Shown here in pieces: positions 50,904 to 62,025 of a stretch of 64,000 nt of DNA; the stretch's first letter is position 1; the number at the start of each line of letters is the position of its first letter. A program made the position numbers and the translations under genes. Source of the DNA: Phaeosaccion multiseriatum. Lineage: Eukaryota; Protista; Ochrophyta, other classes. Location: the NCBI GenBank assembly GCA_965112735.1, contig OZ218951.1, positions 5,146,001 through 5,210,000 of the forward strand. Direction: 5' to 3'. Below the pieces are notes generated by a model, which was not told the DNA's origin, did no database searches, and was given only the letters and a program-made list of their open reading frames with translations.

Positions 50904-52005
50904 AGAGTCTTTCTTGCGTTATGCACGGGTGGGAGGGAGGAGAGAGAGGGTGGGATGTGTCGTGAGCTTTGATTTGCTTGTCGGGGCGTGAGCGTGTGAG
51001 GAGGAGGACGGGGCATTTAAACGGGTGAAGTATCTGTCCTCGATTGACCACAGAGAGAGAGGGAGAGAGAGAGAGCAAGGGAACAAGGAAGCACGGGACA
51101 GGGAGAGAGGTTGGGGGGGAGCGAGTGCCACTCTGGTAGAGAGGGAGATGAGAGATGTGAGACGGGTCTATGCTGCGCCACATCATTGCACTGCCACACC
51201 CACCAACGTGCTCGTTGCCCTCTCTCGATCTCGATCTCCCTCTCTCTCTCTCTCTTTCTCTCTTCTGTCCCCTCTCCCTCGGTTCTGGCGCTCGTCTTTC
51301 ACATTTCTTTTCGCTCTTCCTCTCGCTCTCCCTCTCTTCTCTATCTCCTCTCTCTCCCCCCTCCCCTCTCTCCCTTCCCCTCCCACCCCCCTCATCTCCC
51401 TCCCTTCTCTCCCTCCCCTTCTCCCTCTCTTTTCTCCTCTCCCTCTCCCTCCACCCCCTCTCTTCCTCCTCATCTTCAAATGGCGTCGACTCCCCTGCAA
51501 GGCGATGACCGACTTGGACTGGGCTCCGACCTTCAGCAGCGTCGCAGGCCTTAAGGACTCGTACGAAAACGACTTCGTTCACAAGAAGGTGGGCGTGTTG
51601 TTGACACATGGGGAGGGAGGGATGGAGGGGAGGGAGAGAGGGGAGGAGGGAGGGAGGGAGGGAGGGATGGATTGAGAGCATGTAGGAGAGAGACGGAGGG
51701 ATAGGGAGAAATAAAGAGAGATGAAGAGAGAGAGTATGATACATGGATGCGCAGACGAACGCAAGGAGGGGATGAGAAGGATAAAGTGGAAGAGAGGCAC
51801 CAGCGCGGTCTCTTCATTTCAAACTCTTACATTATTCGCACTCTCCCTTGGGCCCCCTCCCCCTCTCCATCCCTTCTTCCCTCCCCCCCCCCCCCTCTTG
51901 ATGCTGTCCCTGGACTCACAGGCTGCCGGCGGCCTGAAGAACGACTTCACCTGCGACGACATGGTGCTTAACGACCAGCGAATCGGAGTTATGACCTCCG
52001 ACTGA
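47604..52005 (+). CDS. CSP41B: Chloroplast stem-loop binding protein CSP41b (extended SDR/epimerase fold) with bipartite plastid-targeting presequence
   Basis: MKTFSAAATALVVLALQQHAAA-FSM presequence; VLVIGGTRF|SGLYL, YNRGK, GDRKD, FDAVYDMNARE, YVFMSSAGVYLKSD, SRHKGK, SIRPTYIYGPLNYNPLEE|YFF, GLGHVQDLA, FDFGKKKAFPMR..HFF; about 10 exons. Confidence 0.93.
49353..49519. repeat. 27-bp minisatellite (gactctctctggccaatggtgtcagag) x~6 in a CSP41b intron
   Basis: Six near-identical head-to-tail units (one a>g variant), no spacers. Confidence 0.95.
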
Positions 52006-52827
52006 GCTGCCTGCCAGTCTGCCTCTGCCAGCATGCCTGTCTCTTGCCTGCCAGTCTACCTACGCACTACGCACGGGCAAAGGCTACGCACACGGGCCAC
52101 GCATGTACGCACGCACACACGGGCATACAACAGGGTCGAGCAGGGAGCCGAGAGAGGAGTTCGGTCTCAGTGGGGGGCGGTGGTTTATCGGTCGCTCTTT
52201 GCTTGTTAAAAGGGCCCTGTGTTCTGTCTTGTCTACTCTCTGCTGAGTGGAGTGCTGTGGGTGCTGAAGGGAGGGAACAGGCTCGTTGAGTGAGTAAGTC
52301 AAAGGGCATCGGTCTGTTGGGGGGAGTAGTCTTAGTTGAGGTAGCAACTGGCCGAAGGAGAGGGCGAGAGTAGGGGCGAGAGGTGATGGTTCGCACGCGC
52401 TTTCTTGTGAGGAGAGAGAGAGTGGCGGGGGCGGGGCCGGGCCACATTTAACAGGTTGGCTGTAGAGCCAACGGGAGGTATTGAGCAATACAATAGAGCG
52501 ATTATAATTAGAAGGCGGGCTGTTGTCGTCTCACAGGTTGGAGGAAGAGATGGCGCCTCTCGTCTGTGTTGTGGTCAGGGGCGTTGGGAAGGCGGAAAGA
52601 GGATGGCCTAAGCCGAGGACAGCGACGAAGAAGAGGAGGAAGCAGTGCTCGTCAGCCTCTCTTTCTCAGTGCATATTCCACCGCGAGTAGAGCCATCATG
52701 TTTCCATGCTCTGTAAATGAGAGGATCAGTGGGGGGGTAAGCTGTGCGACAGAGCTGACAGAGGACATTCGAGACAGGAATACGGCCTAGTAGCCTAGTA
52801 GCCTTCCTTTCGATTCCTTCCCTCCTA

Positions 52828-53716
52828 CTTCCTCTGGTCGGAAATATAGAGAACATATCGATTTCCGGAAATATAGTGGACACGTAAAATGGGTCATTGT
52901 GGGACGCGGGCAAGGGTGAATACGGTCGGATATGATATTATATCAACTAACTAGTCGCGTAGAAGGGGGAGGGGTGTTTAATCACCATCCCTCGGTCGGA
53001 AAAGTCGCCCCTTGCCCCCCTTTGCCCCCCTTCAGCCGCCCCTTGCCCCCCTTCAGTCGCCACTTTGTCCCTCTGCCGCAACGAATGCCGCATTCCCCTT
53101 AGTCCACGCCTCGTCAGTGATCTTGTACCGCCGAGGGATTGGTTCTCCCGCCCGTTTAGCCTTGTGGTGCGTGCATAAAGCGGCGGGATATCACAGAGTC
53201 GCGCACTCAACTCCTCGATTAGAATGCCCTTTCTGCAGCTGTTCCCCTTGCGACCGCTCCTCAGATCTGGGTGGGCGACTCCTACTTGTTGCAGTGTGTG
53301 GTATCTACCCCGCAGTCTCGTATCGTCCCCGGACTGGAGCTAAACTTCTCCGCGGCTACCGTGTTTTGGGGCGCCACTTTGGCCGCCAGCAAGGAGGTTC
53401 CCCCTCCTGCTTCTCTTTCCTCTGCTGCGACAGTCTTACACTTCCACACCTGGACAACACTCCCAGCAGCGGACATGCCTGAACAGTAGACGGGAAGGCT
53501 TTTGGGCGGAGCCTCAAAGATGGGGTGGTGATTTGAAGGGACTTTGGTCAGGATATGGCAACCTTTTAGGGGCAGGCGTTACAAAAAGACCAGTTCTGGA
53601 GGGCCCACGTCAGTCTAAATAATTCGAATTGCGAAACCGCTCGAAATGAGAGTTTGGTGGGGTCGAGATAAGTCAGAAAAAGTCGATATGTTCTCTATAT
53701 TTCCGACCAGAGGAAG
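52828..53716. mobile_element. Non-autonomous Tc1/mariner-type (Stowaway-like) MITE, 889 bp
   Basis: Perfect 34-bp TIRs: CTTCCTCTGGTCGGAAATATAGAGAACATATCGA (52828-52861) and its reverse complement (53683-53716), flanked by TA on both sides (52826-27, 53717-18). Subterminal CGGAAATATAG repeat; no transposase ORF. Confidence 0.92.
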
Positions 53717-53850
53717 TACATTGTACCTCCCGTTAAAGTCTGCCATTGACATAATTATCGCTTTTCCTTTGCCTTTCCAAATCGCTACTGGTCTACCGCA
53801 CCTCCCCCTCTCCGCCTTGCTCAACGGGCCACAGCCCCGTTCCCGGTACC

Positions 53851-55759
53851 ATGCAGAGGGCCTTCAGCATTGAGGTATGAATCCCCCCTCCTCTATTTCT
53901 AGCCTTTCTCCCCCCGCCTTGTCTCTCACTCACACGCCGCTATTACCCGCTTTTCCTATTCATGTCCCCCCTCACTCTTGTCCTTGCTGTCTTGCCCCTT
54001 GCGGTAGGCTACGCGCCTGCTTCAAGCCATCAGAGGTGGTCAGAGCGTCAAAAGGGTGCGGGCGGCTGTGAGGGCCCTCATCGCTAAGAACGGAGGGAGG
54101 AGGGCATGCTTGGACGAGCCCATTGATGAGACAGGGACTCTTGCCCTCCACTTAGCTGTGGCACAGAGGAGGAGTGATGTCGTTGGTCTTCTGCTGCAAG
54201 AGGGGGCGTCGCCGAGTGTGGCAGCTGCTTGCGATGGCTTGACTGCGTTGCTTGGTGCATGTGCTGATGGGGATGCTACTCTTGTGCAACAGCTCCTCTC
54301 TGCTGGTGCTGACGTCAATGCAGTAGATTCTACCGGACTTACGGCTCTCACGATGGCCTCGTCTGCTGGGGCCGTGGTGTTGGTGCACAAGCTGCTCTCC
54401 GCCGGTGCCAGCATGGCCTGTGCTACCAATGATGGCTTTACGCCTTTGGTATGCGCCTCCAGTGCGGGACATCATGCAGTGGTGCAGCAGCTGCTGACGG
54501 CGGGTGCAGAGGTGGATGGGGCATCTGAGTATAAAAAGGTTACAGCGCTCCAAGAAGCCTCAATTGGAGGACATGAGAGAGTGGTCCGGCAGCTGCTCTC
54601 AGCCGGCGCGGAGGTCGGGAAGGCAGATTCGGACGGTCGTACTGCCTTGTTCAAGGCCTCCTATAAAGGGCATCATGCGGTGGTGCAGCAGCTGCTATCG
54701 GCAGGTGCAGAGGTGGACTGGGCAGATGTGACGGGGTGTACAGCCCTCCATCTAGCCTCAATTGGAGGACATGAAAGAGTGGTCCGGCAGCTGCTCTCAG
54801 CCGGCGCGGAGGTCTACAAGGCAGATTCAGTCGGTGGTACTGCCTTGCTGCGTGCCTCCGAGGAAGGTCATCATGCGGTGGTGCAGCAGCTGCTGTCGGC
54901 CGGCGCTGATCCCAATCAGGTGGATGTAAAGAATGTTGGAGGCATCACCCCCTTGTCCGTTGCTGCAGAAAAAGGACACGACAGGGTCACGCAGCTGCTG
55001 CTATCGGCCAACGCGAATATCGACGGCGTGAATTTGGGAAAGCCCAGCGGATGGTCCCCGCTTTGGGCGGCAAGCCAGCAAGGACATGGCATTGTGGTGG
55101 AGCAGCTCATCACAGCCGGCGCTGACCTCGAAAGCCGTAATGGTGAGGATGGGTGGACAGCGTTGGATGTTGCGTCTATGGGAGGGCACCGAAGTGTTGT
55201 GCGGAAGCTGCTCAGGGCTGGGGCAGAGGTGAATGTGCTCGGTCGCGACGGGTATGGAGCGATACACTTGGCAGCTACAAAGGGCCATGCTCATGTCGTG
55301 GAGGAACTCATCTCAGGAGGGGCCGACGTACATATGCCTTCTGCTAGTAGGAGTAGTTCTGACTTCACAGCTTTGAACCTGGCTGCTTTCAGTGGCAAAC
55401 GGACAGTGATCCGTAAGCTCCTGTCTGCAGGGGCTGATCCTGACCACACTGAGGGCAAGACTCCAGACATGACGCCTTTGATTACTGCGGCTGCAGAGGG
55501 TCACAGCGGAGCGGTGCTGGAGCTGCTGTCTGGAGGGGCCTCACTGGCAAAGGCCCTGACCACAGCGCGAAAGATGAACGATGCAGGAGCCTGTGTTCAG
55601 CTCCTCCTGGCCGCGGACAGGCAGCACTTTGCGTCACAAAGTCCTTTGGACCTGATGCGGGGCACTGACCGTCTCTTTGGCAAGGAAGGGAGGCTGAAGG
55701 TGTCGCAGATAGAGATTAGCCCTGAGGTGCTGCAGGAGGTGGCGGAGGAGATGGCATGA
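53851..55759 (+). CDS. Ankyrin-repeat protein, paralog B (about 591 aa; 2 exons)
   Basis: Exon1 53851-53874 (MQRAFSIE), intron 53875-54007, exon2 54008-55759. Shares N-cap (ATRL.QAIRGGQSV...KNGGRRACLDEP) and C-terminus (LDLMRGTD.LFGKEGRLKVSQ.E.SPEVLQEVAEEMA) with paralog A. Confidence 0.92.
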
Positions 55760-57222
55760 TGAAAGCGGTTGTGGGGGTGTGGTCAGGGCGTTGACAAGGC
55801 GGGAAAAAGAGCGTGGCGATGGTCTGAGGGCATCTTAGGAAGAAGGGGTACTCGTCATGCTCACTCTTTGGATGGGGATGGCACAGAGAAATGCATGATG
55901 CCCCAACACGAAACCAGTGTTGAGGGCTGTGCGGCTGAGCACATGAGAGCGATGATGGGAATACAATACGCAACTCCCTCCCCGTGTAATTATGGAGGGA
56001 GGCTCGATGGGAGGCCTGTACGTGTGCTTACTTTTGTACTTCGTGTAATTTACAAAACAAGTACATATTCCTTCAGGGGGGTCGGCAAAGCCCCCTTCCC
56101 TTCCATGTAACTTTGAACATCAAGCTTCGTTCAGTTCCTTCTCCTCCCCTTCGAAGGCCACTGGAAACTGGAAACTCTCCCAGCCCCTTCCCTTCCCTTC
56201 CTTCTTCCCTCTACTTTCGTCGGTCCCTCCTTCCCCCTCCCCTCCCCCTGCCTGTTAGGAGGCACCCCCCTTACATGCAGACAACGGCGCAAATGTGCCT
56301 TTGATTGACTGATGACCTGTGACCCTTATCACGATTCTATCATCATCATCATCACCATCATATCACATTCTTGCAGCTTTTGCCTGAACGATCACCATCA
56401 AAATAAACTTGGGGCCCAAAGCAAGTGACAGCCAGTCAAAGCCAGTCAAAGCCAGTGAGAAATTCACTCCTTAAAAGAGCATGGTGCTTCCCTCCTGACA
56501 GCCCCCCCTCCCCCTCCCCCATACCCCATCCTCCCTCCCCACCCCTCTTCCTAAGGACTTCCAAAAAAAGTCCTCAGTCCCCCACGAGGCGCTGAAAAAG
56601 CGCGCCCCTCTTTCATCTCTATCGTACATCATTAAAAACCCTCCAACTAAAAACCCCCGCCTGCTGCAACGAAACCCCCAGCAATCCCTACACCCCCCCC
56701 TTCGACTTGCCGAAGCACCTTTGGTTCACAGAGAGCAGCTGAACAACAACAAGCTGCGGAAGTCAAGTCCCGCCTCTCTCACCCACCCACCCACCCACCC
56801 ACCCACCCACCCATCCTCCCTCAATTGTACCAAGCCCCAGGGGTCAAAGATCTCACTCATAGTGCAGACAACCCCTTTTCTGCCGCCCCTCTCTCCTCTG
56901 CCCACAGTACCATCCTCCCACACCGAGGAATGGTAAGTTTATCAACCGTGTCCCCCCCCCCCCCCCCACCACCACCCCGTCTTTTTCTTTTTAACACACA
57001 CCAGGACCGTCCCTGCAGGCCCCGCCCCTTCCTCTCAAGTCGGGCAGGTCCAGCTGGCGAGCAGGCAGGCTGATCGAGGCATTAGGCGCCAGGTTTTGCT
57101 CGATTCTATTCATTCTCCTCCTCCTCGTCGTCGTCGTCGTCGTCCTTCATCCACTGCCATCCGTCCTCCTCGTTTTCACACCCACTCACCCACTCACCCA
57201 TTCACCCACCCACCCCCTTCCC

Positions 57223-57941
57223 CTAATCCCACTGCACCGGCACAAACGTGCTTTTATCTGGCCTCCGATGCCCAAACACAACCACCACGGCGCTGACATC
57301 GTCTCGAGCCCCCCCTCGGATGCATCGATTCACAAGGTCACGGGCGAGGTTTCTGTCGTAACGGAAGGAAGGGATGGGGGTGGATGGTTCGGTTCGGATT
57401 GGTGTTGTTTTGTTGTTTTTGTTTCGATCAAACAGAGGGGCAGGAAGGGGCTGGGGGAGGGGCGGCATTCGCGCAAACACAAGAGAAGGAAGAGAATAAC
57501 ACAGGGGACGGGCGACACTGACTTCTGTCTCCCCTCTCTCGCTTCGCACACACAAAGACACATCCACACCTACACCTACACCCACACACCCACACAAACG
57601 CACCTCTTGTGCCTTTTGCGGTGCTTCACCACCGACCCGGACACCTCCTTGATAATCTGTGCTGTACTCATGGTTTCCAGCACGCCATCACTCGCCAGCA
57701 AAAGGTAGCTGTCCAACGCCTCCTTCTCTCTGGACTTTGTTCTGCCCGTCGCACTACCCACACTCTTCGCACTAACCGTACTGCTCTCCTTGGCGAGCAG
57801 CGGCGGTGGGGGGGGGGGACCGTCGCTGAGCCATACATCGTCCTCGGAGGGGGCAGAGCAAGACGACGTGAGCTTCCTCCACAGAGACTTGCCCTTCGTC
57901 TTCTTCTTCTCTGCCTCGTTCTTGCTGCTGTTTGGCTGCCG

Positions 57942-57981
<40 letters not shown>

Positions 57982-58239
57982 CGAGCAGTGACCGCTGTGG
58001 TGCTCTCCATCACTCTCGTCTCTGCAATCGGTGCTACAGTGGGGGCGTCAGATGTTTCCGAAAAGGAGATGACGTCACGCTCATCATTTGCCGCTGTAAC
58101 CGATGCGCCATCTGCTGCCATCCCTTGATTTGCCAGTGGCACTGGTGGCACTGGTACGGGTTTTGGAGATGTCGGGGCCGCGAGATTGATGGTGGCGATG
58201 GAGGAGTCCGGAGACACGCAGGGGGAGTCTCGGGCCTGA

Positions 58240-58306
<67 letters not shown>

Positions 58307-61050
58307 GGAGAGAGAGAGCGAGAGAGAGAGCGAGAGAGAGAGAGGGAGAGGGAGAGATTGAGAGAGAGAAAGAGAGAGAGATTGAGAGAGACAGAAGATG
58401 GAATGATGGGAGAGGAGACGCGGGGGACGGGGGAGGGGTGCAAGCAACGAGAAAAGACGGCCTGATATTGAGCTCGAGTATCTAATATCGATACCGAGTC
58501 TCACGAATATGAAGCTCGAGTATCTAATATCAATAACGAGCCTCACAATGGTCGACGAGGGAGGGCACGAGACGAAGCAAGAGGGTGGCGTGGCCTCCAC
58601 TGCAAACTGTGTGTGATGTGCGTACGTGCGCGCGGGTGTGTGTGTAGGTGTGTGTGTGTGGGTATGTGTGCCGTATGTGTCCACACCAATGCGTGTGGGC
58701 TCTGCATCACCAACACACGTACCTCTGGGTCGTTGTTGGGGAGGTCGAAGACCCAGATGAAGGGCTTTACTCGAATGACGCCGGGGAACTGAAGCTTCAC
58801 GTCCATGTCCCCAATCTGTAGTCAGTGTACGCCATTTGTCAGCACGTTGTTGATCATGCGGAAGAAGGGATTGGACGTGTTCGTCACTCAAAGGCATACT
58901 AAACTCAGACGGAAATGGAACCTGAAGCTCAAGCTGAAACTGAAACTTACCGTACGGGTGGGCTCGAGACAGCCGCACACCCTCTTGTTCTCGATGCTGC
59001 CTCCGTGTGCTATGATGTGCCTCTGCTCGTCCACGTTAGACACCTTGTGATCGGCACACAGTGATAGAGACCCCATCGAGTCACTACATAAGGGTACATA
59101 AGGGGGGGGAGGGAGGGAGACACGGAGGTATGGATGGATGGATCGAGGGAGGGAGGGAGGGAGGGAGGGAGGGAGGGAGGGAGGGAGAGACGGAACAGGG
59201 TCAGGGTCGCACGTATGTCCTGAGCTTACTAAGGGGAGAAGCGGAGAGGGGTGGGACTAGCAGGGGGCGATGGCCGATTCACCAATTGCTTCCCTCCCTC
59301 TGCTGAGTGTGCGTGTTGAGCGGTGGTCTTCTTTGTCCTCCCTCTCTACTTCTGCTCTCCCATATATCTCTCTCGCTCTCGCTCTCCCCCTCTCTCTCTT
59401 CCTCCGTCTCTCCTCCGCTCTCGATCGCTTTCTCTTTACTTTTGTCTCTCACCTGAAGAAGATGGCTCTCGAGTCCCCCAGGCTGGCGACGACTAAGGTG
59501 TCTTCTGTTTGGGCAGCAAGGAGCACGCACGCGCCGCTCGTGTCATGATTGGCTCCTGCGAGCACCTTCCAGCTCTCCTCCAGAGTGAGGACAGTCTCGT
59601 CTAAGGCCTTGGCCAGTCTGTTGAGTGAGAGGGGGGGGGGAGGCGGCGAGGAGAGAGGAGAGAGGAGAGAGAGGAAGAAGAGTGAGGGAAGAGGAGGGAG
59701 GGAGAGAGAGAGAGAGGAGAGAAGAAAGACAAGAGAGAGACGGAGACATAAAAAAGACAAAGGTGAGAGACAGAAGGTCGGAAGAGTGAGATGGGAGGGA
59801 TGAGAGGGGAGATGACAGACAAATGATTGGGGGGAGGGGGGTTAAGGCCGAGGAGAGGACAGGCAGAGCAGACAAGCAGGGCGAGAGGGGTGGGGTGGGG
59901 ATCAGAGCTTCAGCAAAGCCGAGCGATGAGCGTGATACGTGTGATCGATACTGATCCACGGTCGCGTTCAAACCGACCTCGGCCTTCCTTTCCTGCCTTG
60001 AACTATGATACACTGTGCTGTGCCGTACCTGTCCTTGGTCTGTGGGTAGCGCTGCACGGTAGGTATTGACTTGTAAAAAGCCATGAGCACGTTATTTCTC
60101 ACGAATTCTGCACACCCACCCTGATCATTGGGGAGCAGGAGCAGGAGGAGATGGGAGGGAGGGAGGGAGGAATGAATGAATGAAGGGGTAGGTAGAGGTG
60201 AGAGGCGTTGAGTTGAGTTGGCGCGTGGTACAGCTGACAAGAAATTAGAGCATAAATCACGGGTCTGTGTTTGGGTGGGTGCGAATCGGTGCGGTGCGGT
60301 ACAGTTCGTACCAGTACATCAAAACACGACACCACCCTCGCCCTATCCACCTCTATCTATCTACCTCTATCTATCCATCCATCCCTCCCAACCTTCCTTC
60401 ATCTACCTATCCATCTGTCGATCCCTAAGTACATGTGCTCGCTACTCACCCCCCCATGCCCGTCGAACACCCCAAAGAGGGTGAGTTGTGGACCGCTTCT
60501 CTCCTCCTCCGTTGAGTTAAACACGTCTCTGTACACATTGGTTGAGGCGAATATTCTTCGACGAGAAGAGACGAAGGAGGAGGAGGAGGAGGAGGAGGAG
60601 GAGGAGGAGGAGGAGGAGGAGGAGGAGGAGGAGGAGGAGGAGGAGGAGGAAGGGGGGAGGAGGATAGAGTGAGAAGGAGTGGAAGATAAGGGGGGGCGGG
60701 AGAAAAGAGTGAGAGGGATGTAATGAAAAAATTAGGCAAAAACGCACAAGGCAGCAGAGTCTAGAGATTACAGTCAGAGGAAGAGTGAGGGGGGAGTACT
60801 GAGACAAAAAAAGCCAGGAGCAGACTCTTCGTGCCTCTGAGGCTCCGCCCTCACTCACTCACTCACTCACTCACCTGTCCTCGTTAGACATGCCCTTGTG
60901 CTCGTGCTTGGCCCCCCTGGTGGTCCAGCAACTACACCGCTCTACGTCGGTGCCGGAGAGCACGGTTTTGTCATAGTACTCGGACCGTGTGGCCCTGTCT
61001 CGCTTTGACGCATCCATCTCATCGTTGTACTCCTTTTTCCTCCACCCCAT
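57223..61050 (-). CDS. PP2C/PPM-family Ser/Thr protein phosphatase (about 8 exons)
   Basis: Motifs NEDR, LFGVFDGHGG, SGAC, VASLGDSRA, DHK...E...I...GG, PTRT|IGD, YLLLASDGV, GARDDVSAVVV; large low-complexity insertion before the ASDG motif. Confidence 0.92.
58472..58549. repeat. Two imperfect 42-bp direct repeats in a PP2C intron
   Basis: gctcgagtatctaatatc(g/a)ata(c/a)cgag(t/c)ctcac occurs twice. Confidence 0.75.
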
Positions 61051-62025
61051 CTTTGCCGCGAGGCCTCTCTATCTTCGCTTCTTAGATCTCTTCCTCTGGT
61101 CGTTTTACCTCTGCTGCTTGCTCTCCCCGCCCACCCCTCCTGCTCCTCGCACTGCACGAACGTCAATTCGTCTTTACCCCTGCCTTTCGTAGACCGCTCG
61201 CTCCGTTACAAATAGGGCATAGGCTGCTCTGGGCAGGAATGGCCAGTCAGGAGAGGGTGAGAAAGAACGGAGGCGCCAGAGCGTCTTGATCGCCCCCTTT
61301 GAGGCGACTCGACCCTTTTCTTTTTTTTTTTCCTCTCGAAGCTCCTCTTGTCCTACCGAAGGTGCGGCTCTGCGATGTAAGCCAATGGCGTGGGCTGCTG
61401 CTTAAGGGACGACCGAGAGCGTCTATATAGAGGAAGGAGGACACCTTGCAGCTTTTGAAATTTCCTCCAAGTCCCGCCCGCTCTGACTCGTTTCCTTTGT
61501 ATGGGCAGACCGATAGACTTTCTTTACGTTGTATACGGGTTGACTTTTTCGTTATTAGAAAAGAAAATGTTCACAATTATTTTTTTTACGTGTGATAGAT
61601 TGTGCGTGAGAAGGGTGCGTCGCATCATCCCGTACTTCCCATCTCTCCCTCTCCCCTTCCCCCTCATTTTTTTTTCCCTTCACGATCTCTCCCTTACCAC
61701 CTCTCTTCTCTCTCCTCTCTCCCCTCTCCCCTCTCGGCTACCAGGAGAGGTGGAGAAGCTCCCTTTTGGCGTCGTTCGTTGACCGGCGGGGGGTGAGCGG
61801 AGGGGGCACAAAACACCGAGACACACAATTAACGTCAAGCAGCCGACAACACAACACCAAAGGCTTTCCCAGCGCCACTCCCACACCGCCGCCCTCATCT
61901 CATAGTAGTTCAGCACTGGAGTGGGACGAGCGCCCTCTGTTCTGGCGCTTTGGTGGGTAAAAGTTCCCCCTAATAGCGGCTGCAGTTATTTTTCGCCTGG
62001 CGTCGGCTCCGGATCAGCAAGCAGC

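Noticed and set aside
3780-60858. Many ORFs rich in CV, HT, LS, PSL or REGG repeats
   Set aside because: Translations of (GT)n, (CA)n, (CT)n and (CCCT)n microsatellites, mostly intronic.
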